From Anthoceros angustus (Eukaryota > Plantae > Anthocerotophyta), in assembly GCA_010909165.1 (NCBI GenBank), contig VJWM01000044.1, forward strand, positions 620,001 to 684,000: DNA of 64,000 bases, written 5' to 3'. The notes under the pieces were generated by a model. That model did no database searches. It had not been told where the DNA came from and worked only from the letters and a program-made list of their open reading frames with translations. The first letter of the stretch is position 1. Each line of letters opens with the position of its first letter. Positions 1 through 11,645 of this stretch are shown here, in pieces. The position numbers were made by a program, and so were the translations under genes.

Positions 1-189
1 GCTCTTCTAAACATGCCTATGCATGGAGCTTTCTTACAAAGCACTCAAGCCAGCTTTGTTACTTAAATATATTAATGAATTACATTTTAAAAATATATTG
101 CCTTTTTTGTCTTTGCTTGTTAGGTCTACATGTTCCTAGGAAGGAAGGAAGCTACCGTGACATAACATGAATAATAACATTGTATGTCT

Positions 190-640
190 TCCTTTTCGAG
201 TGACACCTTGTACTGCTGCTCGCCGTTGTGCACTCTCGGGCCCTTAGAAGCTTGCTTCAGAGTGACAGGTTGATCCGGCAGGTTAACAGCAGCTGCTGAC
301 GTAGTGTTTGGAAGTCCTCAGGCTCATACAGACGCTCAATCCACTCAGATCTTGGCGGTTTGGACCTGGTGGACCGACGAGTTCTGAAACAGGCGGGGGC
401 ACGGCAGGTGCCATCGCATCACCGCCTTGAAAACGTCTTCAGTCGCGTCCTCAGCTCAGGTGCTCCAGGATGAGATATAGCTTCTAACTGTCGTGTCCCA
501 TGCTTGTGAAAGTAGCACGCTCTCGCTGGACCTATCAGGCGATAGGGGACACAAAATGCTGAGAGGTCTGTCTGATATTGCAACCTTTCAGATTTGCATC
601 AGATGCACAGGCTCTAGCAGCAGACCTGTGGCCCGACAAG
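190..640 (-). mobile_element. Degenerate Ty1/copia fragment (integrase-RT linker region)
   Basis: Manual minus-strand translation with frameshifts gives TRRSTRSKPP...AAVNLPDQPVTLKQASKGP, matching the RRSxR and xPxTxxEA...P motifs just before copia RT. Unique to the left flank. Confidence 0.45.
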
Positions 641-832
641 GACAGGGATACCGAAGAAAAATGGGGATCAATGAATTATGGATAGGTAGTAAAGGCATGA
701 CTAGCTAGTAGAAGAGACGTTACAAAGCAACACTAAGAGGGCCTTGGATGTGCGAGCTGTGCAAACAACGTTCAACATGGAGAAGCTGCTGCCATCCTTA
801 TTGAACGGCAATATTTGGAGTTCGACGCTCGC

Positions 833-2252
833 TTAGAGCCACCTAAGTGCGGGAGGAAGCCATTCGTCGCCGTCAATGTAACCGAATCCAATGAAGGGCG
901 CAGCCTGGGCTCTGGTGAGCCTTCTCGCCCACGTGGGCCAACTGGCGGTGCCGGCGCCCGGGCCAAAGGTGGCGTATTCTCCGTAGAAGACAGTCCTGCA
1001 GGGGAAGGCACCATCAGCGCACATTCTCGCTGTATGCAATTCATGCTGGTGAAGCCGGTTAACTCTGGGGCTTTGGGATCAGTGGTTCGATTTCCCCTGG
1101 GGCAGCAGCGGACTAGACTCCAAGACATGAGAGATGCAATTCCATGCAAAAGCTTGCAATCTCGGAATCGAAGTCCGACTTACTTGTCGCGGCCAGGAGT
1201 GTTCCAGTCGTTCCAGCCGGTGGGAGTGATGATGTCGGCGATGAAGGTATAGATGTAGACGACGCGGGAGTAGGGGCCCCAGGCGCGGCCGAGGTAGAGG
1301 GACCCGGAACCCGTGACGACGCAGCCCACGAAGGAGAAGCCGCCGGCATCGGTCGGAGTGAGACGTTTCTGGGCGGTGAGCGAGCCGAAGGTCTCGGCGA
1401 CCGAGTGAAGGTGGCATTTACGGTAGAGCGAGCGGCCGTCGCCGAAGATGAAGTCGATCGATCCCTCGATGTAGCTGTTGTAGAAGTAGTGCCTGCCCTG
1501 GTGATCGTAAAGCGTGTCCTGCCCGCCCACGACGCTCACGTTGTAGAGCGCTGCTTTGTCCCCGCTCAGCCTGAGCGCCACCGCCTGCTGCCCCCCGGCG
1601 CCTGCAGCAGCGCCGAGTTCCGAAGCTGATCCCGGCCGCCACGAAGTTGTCGGAATTCACCGCGAAGGTGGCGCTGCCGAAGGTGCTCAGCACCTTCCCG
1701 CCTCTTGCTGGACGCGGTGTCGCCCCACACGATCTCCGTCGTCCTGGCGTCCTCGCCTCGCAGCGTGACGAAGGGCGTGCTGCTGGGGATGATCACCTTC
1801 CCTGGAACGGTGCAGCTCAGGTCACGTGACGGGACGCAAGAACGCGGAATCGGCGTACGGTGCGCTTACTTGTAGGATCCGGGCTTGACGAAGATGGTGA
1901 CGCGCCGGGTGTTGCCAGGGGACGGCGTCCACTGCCGCCTGCACCGACCGGAAGTCGCCGGAGCCGTCCAGGGCCACGGTGATGAAGGTGCTGAGCGTGG
2001 GGAGGCTTGGCTTGACGCCGCTGCCGGCGACCCGGTGTCGCCGTCCACGCCGTCCAGTCCAGGATTCTGGGAGAAATCGTAGACTTGCTTTCTCCGCTTT
2101 GGATGGCCTTGAGCCAGGCCTGGTAGTCCGCATCCGGGTCGTCGGCCAGTGGAGCCCCGCACGCACACGGCCATGGAGATGGAGATGGCCAAGGCCGCCA
2201 TCAGCAACGCGGTCGCCCGCATTCTCAACCCGACCTTCGTCGATTTCTCCAT
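833..2252 (-). CDS. PME: Pectin methylesterase copy 1 (type II/group 1, secreted); exons 2252-1870, 1801-1184, 995-833; apparent frameshifts probably sequencing errors
   Basis: Hydrophobic N-terminus MRATALLMAALAISISMAV. PME motifs DGSGDFRSVQAAVDA, KPGSY, SATFAV, VALRLSGDKAA, GQDTLY, IEGSIDFIFG, YLGRAW, GWNDW, FYGEY. GT-AG introns 1869-1802 (AA|GTAAGC...TTCCAG|G) and 1183-996 (AA|GTAAGT...CTGCAG|G). Confidence 0.93.
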
Positions 2253-2380
2253 GGCGGTCCCTGGACTCCGACTGAAATCGTCGGAATGGTCAGCTCCCGG
2301 TACCGACTGCCTCTCCTCCGATGTGGATTGCCCAGGATGAAGCTGGAGAGGTGGATGAGGACAAGCATTGCTCCAGCGTT

Positions 2381-2390
2381 CCTTATAAGG
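2381..2390 (-). promoter_or_regulatory. Candidate TATA box of PME copy 1 (CCTTATAAGG)
   Basis: About 130 bp upstream of the ATG. CTTATAAGG is retained in copy 2 (34381) and in the diverged copy 3 promoter (~63556). Confidence 0.5.
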
Positions 2391-3289
2391 CGAACGGCAT
2401 TCGCAAGGAAACAGTGGCGCAGACACGCATTATTTGCTACAGCCTCCCAGCTACAGGCTAGACTGTTGCGCGCGGCAACCACCACACTCTGCTTGATCAT
2501 GAACGTTCGCTGGCCAGGTTGCCTGGACACGATTTTGGTTTGTTTATTGCTTGATGCTCAAGTAAGTTGCTAGACAGTGCCAGCCCTGCTAGCTCCATTT
2601 TCACCGGCTAAACTCTGTGGTCCTGGGGACTGGGGACCGGGGACCGCCTACTAATCGGGACTGGCGGCCCTTCATCCAAACTAAATGCTGTGTGGCTAAA
2701 CAGTGCACAAGTGGCACCGGCCCTGGGTAGTCTGGTGAGCCTTCTGGTTAGCACGAATCCTAGCCAGCTAGCAGAAATTGGTTCACGTCTGTGTTTCCCA
2801 GACTTATTCTTTTCCCCAGACTTTTCTTGTGTGTCGAGGGTGCCTTCAAAATTGAATCCTCGCCAGCGGGCTCCATTCACGCGTGCTTGAATCGCATCAC
2901 ACTAATTATAAGTTGAAAATGTGCGCTACTTCATGTGTATGGCGTACCAAAAGGGACAGGTAAATAAAGACCTTGTTTTTAACGCGGAAAAGAGGATTTT
3001 ATTATAAAAAAAGAGATGGGAAAAACCCATCCACCCAAAAACAAAGGGGAAAACCCAATGAAGGGCATAAAGCCGGGGACTAGCCCCACGATCATGCGTT
3101 CAAAACTACTAACTCACCAAGAACTTCGTGGTCGTGGATGTGAAAAGGCCTACTTACCACCGGTGTCGGAAGAAGCCGCATCTCCACGTCGTTTCTATAT
3201 ACCTGCGTTAACGCCCTCGCAGAGCGATGGAAACCCTCTCAAGAAAGCAACAATACAAGAAAGGGGAGGCTAACCCCATTCTTATGGCT

Positions 3290-5235
3290 ATGATAAGCCT
3301 TGGCGCAGCCTTGACGAACCTAGAGAAATCCTTGCCCATGGCTCCGTGAGTCTCAATGGCAAGGAGGAGGCGGCATGGCTGGCCCATAGGAGAGTACTTG
3401 GACCCTAGTCACGACATCCCTCCGCCCGCCAACGTGAAGGTTAAGAATAACATGTTCGAGACACTCTCACGGGTGGGATGTTACAACCACATCGAATCAA
3501 ACCCGATCCCCGGTCAAAAATAGTCCGCCTAAGCGAAACCCCATTGAGCAAGGTGTAAGGAGGCCTAAATGGAAGGAACCCGCCTTCCCTAGCAATAGAG
3601 AACATGACGTCCCAGACGGTGTCATGTGTAGCGATACGCTGCCCACCCGTGGGACAACGAGCCAAGTGCGTCCCAGAGTCATCGAGAGGAGCCCCGCAGC
3701 TACAAGTAGAAAGAGAGCAAACGGTGGAAAAGGTTGCTGGTGCATGCGGAACGACTGAATACTAAGTTGAGCCAGAAGTCAGGAACCTGCCCCCTTCCCT
3801 GAGCATGAGCGGAGACGAGCCCGAGTGGGCCTAGGAATGGAGGAATCCCGGAGGAGGGCCACCCGCCTGCATCGCTTTCTCCGGAGGGACGCCAGAGCCC
3901 AACCTCGGAAAGACTTCTTAATTAACCTAGAGAAGTCCTTGCCCATAGCCCTTTGGGTCTCGAGGGTGAGGGGGATGAAAATATGGCCGTCTTGCATGGA
4001 GAGTACTTGTGAGTCTTGTTGGTTGTGCATCCTCGCCGTCTACCTTGGAGGGTTAATGATGATGTGCTCGCATATGGAGTCCCTGAGGATCCATGATAAC
4101 CACATCGATGTAAATTTGCTCCTCCGCCATAAAAAGTCCACCCCGAGTGACACGCCATTACGCAATGTATATGAGCCTCACGTATGGAAGAAATGCCTCC
4201 TTAGGTATCGAAAACATGGCGTCGTGAACGATCATGCGTATCAATACATTGCCCCCATGGGACAACGCACCAAATGGGACCCGAGTCATCGATGGCGGCT
4301 CCATAACCCAGTCGTCAAAGAGAAGAGGCCGAGGATGAGCCAAACCGAGGCGGACCCTCGCCACTCGAAAAGGACGCTGACGATGATTGAACGCCGAATG
4401 CAAGGTCGAGCCATAAGCCGAGCCCCTCTTCTCGACGAACGCAGGAGGGCCCGCGAAGACCTGGGAATGGAGGAGTCCAAAAGAAGGGCCCTTTGCGCCT
4501 GTAAATATTGCTTCTCATGGAGAGAGGCCTGAAGGCCACGCATCCCTTCCCTAAGGAAAGAAGAAAAAGGAAGCATGGCTTCCCGAGCCTCTGAGGAAAG
4601 GGAGTCCCTAGCCCGCCTCAGAGAGACCTGCAAGGGGTAGGCCCCCTCCTCATCGCTCGAGACGAAGGCTTCCAAAAGAGAGGAGTCCTGCATTAAGAAC
4701 CAAGAGGCCAAAATTGGGGCAGAGAGGGCCCAACTCCCGAGGAAGGCCGCCGGAGCCGAGGCCTCCATGGCCAGCAAGCCAGTGCCTCCAAAGGCTTCTG
4801 GCAATGATGCCTGTTTATGTGCCAAGTCACCGTCGGCGCATTCGAAGGTTTCGGGGCGTATGATGTCCCCAAGCGTCTACATAACTTGCCTATCAAAATT
4901 TCTCAAGCTTGATAAAAAGGTTGGGGATGGAGCAACCGTCCTGGTAAGATAACCTGGTTGACGCGCAAAGTAGGAAGACAAAATACCAAACGCAACCTGA
5001 AGGTCCCCAATGTGAGTCACGTCTTTTTTTAGAGCCGCATCCACAAACCCTTAAATAAAGTCAGGGGGACCCAGCGGAACTCCGAGGACCCGAAGCCCTT
5101 GCGAAGAAATAATAACCCCCCCTGGATAATGAAGAGGGGGTGTACTGCCAGAAAGGGACCACACCCTGCACTTATCGACCTTTGACCCTAACGCAAGGGA
5201 AGGTAAGCGGTATCACGACGCCGGCAAAATGAAGC
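3290..5235 (-). mobile_element. CRE/SLACS-like non-LTR retrotransposon remnant (RT C-terminus, zinc knuckle, restriction-like endonuclease)
   Basis: Minus-strand motifs KVDKCRVW, GLRVLGVPLGPPDF, DLQVAFGILS...YLTRT, QASLPEAFGGTGL...APAAFLGS, RLGL...HLVRCPxGG...HD, and RLE-like RVD...ADV...K..KY...FIPLTLET..AMGKD (clearest in ORF 35920..36342 of unit 2). Confidence 0.75.
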
Positions 5236-5701
5236 TAGAGGGAAATGAAAACTGCTATCTTCATTGAGCAGAGAGATGGAATATATACAAAAGTAAGAAT
5301 GTTTGTTGTAACTGATTATGAAACTACTAACATGTATTTAACCTATGCATAATTCACTATTATTTCCTTTACTCCCTCTTAGTTGAAATAATCAGCATAA
5401 AGGGCAATATGAGAAATAGGCAAAGTATGAATTAAGCTTTAAACCACAATCGGGTTCCTTATGAAGTCGGGTTTGAATGCAAGTCGACCCGATCACGTCA
5501 CATATGTTCCTCGTGCCTGCTATACTTATGCTCCTGTGACGCTCCAGCTGTAATTGCGGTCTAGTTTCTCTGATTAAAAACATGACGCCTCACCAATCCC
5601 ACTTGGGATTGTGCAATCTCGCTGCTGTCCTCCTCTTGGCCTGGTTCGCAGTCATCCTGCTGGGCATCTGGCTACTGGACTCCAGGCATTCCTGTCTGCT
5701 G

Positions 5702-6290
5702 ATGGAGCTCTCCACTAAGACGGCAACAAGGGGAGTTGAATGTATCCATTGTGGTAGGGAATGGATCCCCGCCACCAAGTACTCCTACCGCCAGTGGACT
5801 CTCCATAGGATGATCTGCGAGCATCCAACTACTGACATCGATGCACTCAAGACAGAAGAGGAGCAAGCTCAGAAGGATTGGGCGAAGGTCAGATTGAAGA
5901 CAATGACTCCTGCTCGATTGAAAGTGCAACCTTATGATACACCTCCACAGGTATGCTTTGACAATGTGAATCTGGGCAAACAGGGGAGACTGTCCAAACA
6001 TGAGTACCAGAGGGAAATGGAAAGGATATTCCCAGAAGAAAATGGGGAGCTGGATTACTATTACGCATACAGGATTACCTCTGAGTGTGCTCGATGAGCC
6101 CGAGCAAGGAGGAGGCGGATGGTGCTTGCGTGCAACCAGTGTACCTTGTAAAAATGTAGATGCTCCCTCTGGAGGAGGAGCGCGTAAGAGGGTCAGAATC
6201 GATGATCCGGATGAGGAAGGGCAGCCACATCGTTGGGCTTCATCCACCTTGCCCCTACCTCACTTATGTACTCATTTGTGCCTCTTATGA
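5702..6290 (+). CDS. Antisense extra ORF of copia A (C-x2-C-x17-H-x3-C putative zinc finger, C-terminal RKRVR); frameshifted near 6095
   Basis: ORF 5582..6097 contains MELSTK...CIHCGREWIPATKYSYRQWTLHRMICEH. Unit 2 ORF 37951..38268 reads through the frameshift to ...GARKRVRYDDPDEE. It lies between the RNase H stop (6433) and the PPT (5372). Confidence 0.5.
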
Positions 6291-7494
6291 AGTTCTGACC
6301 TTCTCTCTTATTGTCCTGCAGCACTGCTAGGAGAATTAAAGAAGACTGAAGAACTGCTGAAAGTCTTGAAAGGAAAAATCAAAGAGAAGGGCTATCATAT
6401 TAAATGATGAGGCATAGTGACTAGAGAAAAGCCTAATGTGCAGTGCCAGGCTTGTGTGATGATGCTATAAGCCTAAGACCTGCTGCTGTGGTGTGCTTAG
6501 CATATAGAACTCTCGGTAGGGTTTTGTTAGGGAGGTCCGCTATATTGTCACACAGAGGGATATAGTGTACCTCAACTTCATCTGCATCAGCAGCTTGACG
6601 AATAAAGTGATGAGTGATTTCAATGTGATTCGACCTTGCATGAAAAACAGGGTTCTTCGAAAGTGCAATAGCAGATTGGTTATCACACCACAATATCGTA
6701 GCCCCTGATGGCAGTTGCTAAATTCCTCTAAAAAAAAAGCGTATCCATATCACCTCTCTTGCAACCTGTGATAGGGCACCATATTCCGCCTCCGTGGATG
6801 ATACGCAGATTGTGGACAACTTCTTACTCGACCACGATATCACAGACCCACCAAGTAGATTACAATATGCAGCAACACTTCTCCTACTATCTGGATCTCC
6901 AGCCCAATCGGCGTCGCAGTATGAAGTAAGCATTAGTCCACTACCCTGCTTAGTATATGTAAGTCCTAATCTGGGTGTCCCTTTAAGATATCTAAATATC
7001 CTTTTTACTGCTGTCCAATGGGCTTCCCCCGGATTCTCAAGGAATTGAGATACACTACTAACAGCCCTTGATATGTCCAAACGTGTCCAGGCAGCAAGGT
7101 AAATAAGACTTCCAACTGCTTGCCTGTAAGGGCGAGTTGACATGACATCTTTCTCTTCTTCCGTCGAGGGGCACTGCTCCTTCGAGAGCTTGTCACCTGT
7201 GGACATGGGAGTAGACACTGGGCATGCATCAGCCATATTAAAACGTTGCAAAAGCTGATGAACGAAATGCTCCTGGTGGATCTCTATGGTTTGTCTGTCC
7301 TCTGAGAAATGAAACTGCACACCAAGTGAGAAACTGAGCTGTCCCGAGTCGGTCATGTCAAAACGAGAAAGCAGAACACTCTTAATCCTGTCCATCAGTG
7401 TCGGTGAGGTACAAAAAAGAAAATTGTCATCAACATATACTGTCAGGATAAGGAAGTCTGCTTCTTCCCATAAGATATAAACGCTATTGTCTAC

Positions 7495-10400
7495 TGTGGA
7501 CTACGGACTTCCCTTGGGGGTTAGGAAATAGGTAGGGTTTTGTTTTTTTTGTAGGAGTGAAGGATAAAATGAGGCGAAAAAAGAGGGAAATAAGCACGGA
7601 TAGCACTCCGGACGGCACTCCGAAGTATACTCCGGACTCCGGAGTGAGGAACGTACCCGGACCTACTATGGTGGCGTGCGCCAGTGGTAAGGATAAGTCC
7701 GGACCCACCTGTGACCAGCGATGCACGCCAGAGTAACTTAGAAGTTGAGCAGAAGGATTGACCAGCGACGCCACGGACGACCACGAGTGGAGGACGGCAT
7801 GCCGTCAGACCGTAACCTTGCGTGGCCGTTATAGCGGTGTATTCACGCGGGCGCGTAACGTAGCAGCACGCGCGGCGCGTAAGGCCGAGGTAAGCGAGGC
7901 GAAGGTCGAAGCCATGCGCACCTCGCGCTGATTACGGAAGAGGCGCCCGCCCTGCCGTTACTCCCGGAAGGCGTGGCGAAGGAAGGTCGGCTCACGGCAA
8001 TTTCGAGACACTCGCGATCTCTTGCCTCGCACCGGCTCCAGGCGTATCTGATTGACGCCGCTGGCTGCTCACCGCTGAGGTTGGAGCAACAACGCGCGAA
8101 GAAGGCGCAGCGTGCCGTCTCCGACAAGCTACAGGCAACCACGGAGGAGGACGACCGAGGATTCCGACCCATACGCCCTGAACGGACCTCACCACCTGTG
8201 GAAGTATGGAAGAAATTCCCCCTCCTCCCGTGCCCCAACCGAGCCCACCACAGAAGCGGCCCGACCCCAGAGCCCCGCCACCACAACCACGCCCGAGGAG
8301 CCTGACCGAGGGAGCCAAGAGACGCAAGACCACTACCAACGCTGCACCTCGGTGCCAAGATTCTTACCCCGCCTACCTGAGTGGCAAGAAGCGGAGGAAG
8401 CAAGGAGGGCGAAGGGACGCCTGTGGAGTGGAGGACACTGCGCACTGCACTCGAGCCGGCCCCGTCCGATGTGAAGGGGCAAAAGGCTTGCTCCTGACTC
8501 TCACCTCCGAGCCCTGTGAGAAAAGGGCGAGAAGGAGCTGCGCCAAAAGGGCCAAGGAGGGTGAAGCCCGAGCCAAAGACTCGTGACCTAAGGGTCCCGA
8601 TTAGGTCCGGAGAACCCACCGACTTACTCCGGACAATGATGGAGGTCCTCATGATCGGAAATGCCGGCCCGCCACGGACTTTGTGGGAGCCTCACAGCGC
8701 CGGAAGAAACACGGCGGTCCTGCTACCATGGACAGATGCTTTGGGGTCTCATGGATGGCCGAGAAGACCTGGAGGTAGAAGCCACCCGAGGCGCATGGTA
8801 CTCCTCCAGAGCAGCTTGAGGGGCCCAGGGCAGAAGGCAAGCTCGGCCGGATTGAGGAGGGAAACGGAGGCCGAGAGGGAGGTCCGTCCATCCGCAAGGA
8901 CGACTAAATTCCTTCACCGGAGGAGCACCAAGGTGCTAAGGAGGCCCAAGCGCGGGAGGACCTCGCAGTGCAGAGGGGCGAGCGCAGAAGCGAGAGGGCC
9001 CGGCGCAAGGGCGCGGACTGAGGCGACCGACCAGCCAAGCCGAGAGGCCTGTGAAGGTGGCCAAGGAGGCGGGTTACGCGGCCGATCGCGATCACCATCG
9101 GCGTGATCGGAACCGGGAGGGAGGCCGAGAGCCACGCCAACTCAAGGCCGAGGTGGCATGAGCAAGCACGACGAGCCGCAGAACACTGAGGCCAAGAGAC
9201 CCGGAAATCGGGGACCTGTGGCACTGCAGGAGGTAGAAGGGAGGCGCAGGAGTTGGAGGACAAGAAGGACACCTTGGAGTTACAACTCCAAGACGCTGGC
9301 TTGAGCAAAGCAAGGAGTTCTCAGAGAATCCAGACTTCGAGAGATAGAGCGCCCAGCCTCAAGATGGAGCAGGAGGCGGAGCAAGCGACCACCAGCCAAG
9401 AAGTTCGCCAAGGAGATGGAGGATCTCCTGACTCCCGGAGGTGGAGCAAAGAAGGCAGGAGATGGAAGACCGCAAGGAGACTTTGAGCCGCAGCCCAAAC
9501 TATCATTGAGAGGAATGGTAGTTCCAGGATATGGTCGCGAACGCGACGGAAATAGAGCGGCTCCGCCTGCTGGCGACGGAGCGACGATGGAACAGGAGCA
9601 GGACGCCGCCGAGATGGAGAAGGGCTCGGGCGAAGCCCGCACCGCAAGGTTGCCCGACCCCTGAGCGATGGCGGAGCAAGTAATGGACAAAGAGGCGAGG
9701 GCCGGAAGTGCAAGAAGCCGGTCCACCGAGGAAGTTTGAAGGAACGCCGCTATGGCGGCAAGCCGGGCACGGGAACCAAGTGAGGGAGTTGGAGGTGGAG
9801 CAACATGATCATGGAGGTGACCGAGGCACTGGCACCATGAGAAGGGCCTTTATCAAACTCAAGTGGGAGGTGGAGCAACAAGGGGCAAGACGCCTCCCGA
9901 GCACCTATGGCGTAAGGGAGTATCGGTGCTCCGCACACGTGGAAGAGGCAATCCAACAAGTGGATTCGGACTTTGCCTATTACCACGCCCGAGCTCCCAA
10001 GAGGCCGCCTCCGCAATAGACGGACTCGGAAGGCCTTGAGGGGAAGAAGGGCACGGGACAAGACAGGACCCTAGGGGCCCTGCTTGGAGACGACGGCAAC
10101 AAGGAGAAGAGCCCCAAGAGGAGCGGACGCGACCCCAAGGTAAGTTCACCACCACCCGCCTCGGAGAAGGGGGTGACGGGCCCGAAGGGGTGCAGGAGGG
10201 AGCCAACCCAACCAAGACAAGGGCCTGGGTAAGGAGGAGGACCTAGCAAGACGAGGTCCATGAAGGGGTCCGAGCGGGACCGGACTTAAGTTCGACCGAG
10301 GTCCGAACCCCAGACGAGGCCGACCCACCGGACTCAGAAGCCGACCGGAGTTCGTGACCCGAGTCGAGACCGACCTCGAGGTCCGGACTGGCAAGAAGGA

Positions 10401-11287
10401 GGAGCCCCTTCGACTTACGCGGGAGCAGATAGTGTGGCCCCACCGGAGGGGACCCATGGGAGGCCGTGGAGGATGACGGTGGTAACGGGCCGCCGCCGCC
10501 ACGAGCCCAACCTCGTGATTCCGGGAGAGGAGGGGTCGCCCGCGATCATCCGATTGCGCGCCAATCCGTGACGGAGATTGACCACCAATCCCAAGGCGGA
10601 ACCGGACCTTCCCCACCACCGAAGGAGATAGGGGAGGGAATAGGATGGTAGGCGTCGATTATACACCGAAATGCCATCCGTAATAGGGGTGTAATAAAGA
10701 CGCCGACCGGGCGTAGTATAAGAGGGTCAGCTCAATAAATCATCTTCTTGGTGTTGATGCCGCTGCCTGCACCTTTGTGTGTCTTCTGCTAACGTGAGTC
10801 CCGAGTCACCGAAAGGCGTCCCGGAGGGATTGATGTGGTCCCGTGACGGACCTAACGTGTTGTGGTGTGTGCGGAGGGTGACTGGGACCCGTGCCCTGCA
10901 GCCGCGCCCGTCACCGAACGGACCGAACGTGTGAGCCGGAGGGACTTGGAGGGCGGCAGAGCTGGACGAGAGGCCCAGAACACGGAGGAGGTCCGGACTG
11001 TAACCCGCGCCTTCCTTAAGACCGATAAGTGTAGTGAGAGGAACCACGAGAGGTGTGAGAGACGAACGTGAACGAAACGGACGCGAACGGTCCTTAAACG
11101 CTTGGCCATACCGGCCTGCGTGTGTTTGTCGCGAGTAGTTAGAACTAAGGAGTGTGCGCGGACCGAACGGACGCAAAGTAAGACGAATCGCTCGAACGCC
11201 GAAACGGAGTCGCTATTCCCTTGGGAACGAACTCTTCCTACAACGACGGATTGTGCGCTCACCGGCCGGCGAAAAGTCGCGCCCACA
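7495..11287 (+). mobile_element. Unclassified 3793-bp GC-rich TG...CA element (giant solo LTR or Ginger-like), with degenerate coiled-coil-like ORF
   Basis: Termini TGTGGAC...GCCCACA (6/7 inverted match). 5-bp TSD TCTAC at 7490-7494 and 11288-11292. Removing it restores the copia A RT frame LDVDNSVY. No internal direct terminal repeat. Confidence 0.85.
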
Positions 11288-11463
11288 TCTACATCCAGAC
11301 ATGTAAACCCTAGCTCAATTAGCAGGGCATGGAAGGTTTCATTCCATGCTCTGCTCGACTATTTCAGACCATACAACGTTTTTAGCAGCTGACAAACCTT
11401 GTCCACGTCTATCTCGAAACCCTCCGGCTGGCACATATGTATCTCTTCTTCTAATGACCCATT

Positions 11464-11645
11464 CCGATACCATGTGTAAAACGAGCGTAGGCGAGAGCAT
11501 ACAGATCTCTGATAGTTGGAATTAACAATAATCGCAATAACAAAAATGTTTAAATACTATCGATGTGTCTATTGACCAGACAACCCTAAATCCATATAAC
11601 CTAAATATGATTAAGCATGCGTTAGGTTTAACTTCTACGCTAACG
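11464..11645 (-). mobile_element. Orphan 5' LTR (~170 bp) plus truncated tRNA-iMet PBS of a further LTR family (E)
   Basis: Minus strand reads ...ttttacaCA|TGGTATCGG then directly copia A RT. The AT-rich LTR-like block does not match the copia A 3' LTR. Repeated at 43415-~43585. Confidence 0.55.

Larger units (their letters stand above)
5235..11463 (-). mobile_element. Ty1/copia family A, 3' half (RT, RNase H, antisense ORF, PPT, 3' LTR ~5371-5235), split by an insertion at 7495-11287
   Basis: RT NGSLEEEIHMCQPEGF...LYGLK*SSRAWN (11463-11293) continues as VDNSVY...VYVDD and ORF 6718..7395 (YCDADWAGD, SWSSKK, SSTEAEY). RNase H ORF 6433..6693 (CDNQSAI...HIEI..HFIR...NIAD). PPT AAGAGGGAG at 5380-5372. 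Confidence 0.88.

Noticed and set aside
833-2252. Bacterial or horizontally acquired PME because of high GC
   Set aside because: Canonical spliceosomal introns and plant-type PME motifs (GWNDW, FYGEY..GPGA).
1866-2426. Upstream start (MSAPLF...) for PME
   Set aside because: Not conserved in copy 3, spans the TATA candidate and would bury the signal peptide. ATG 2252 is preferred.
815-2573. Plus-strand and alternative-frame ORFs over the PME genes (also at 32697-34572 and 61880-63624)
   Set aside because: Shadow ORFs caused by high GC3 of the minus-strand PME CDS.
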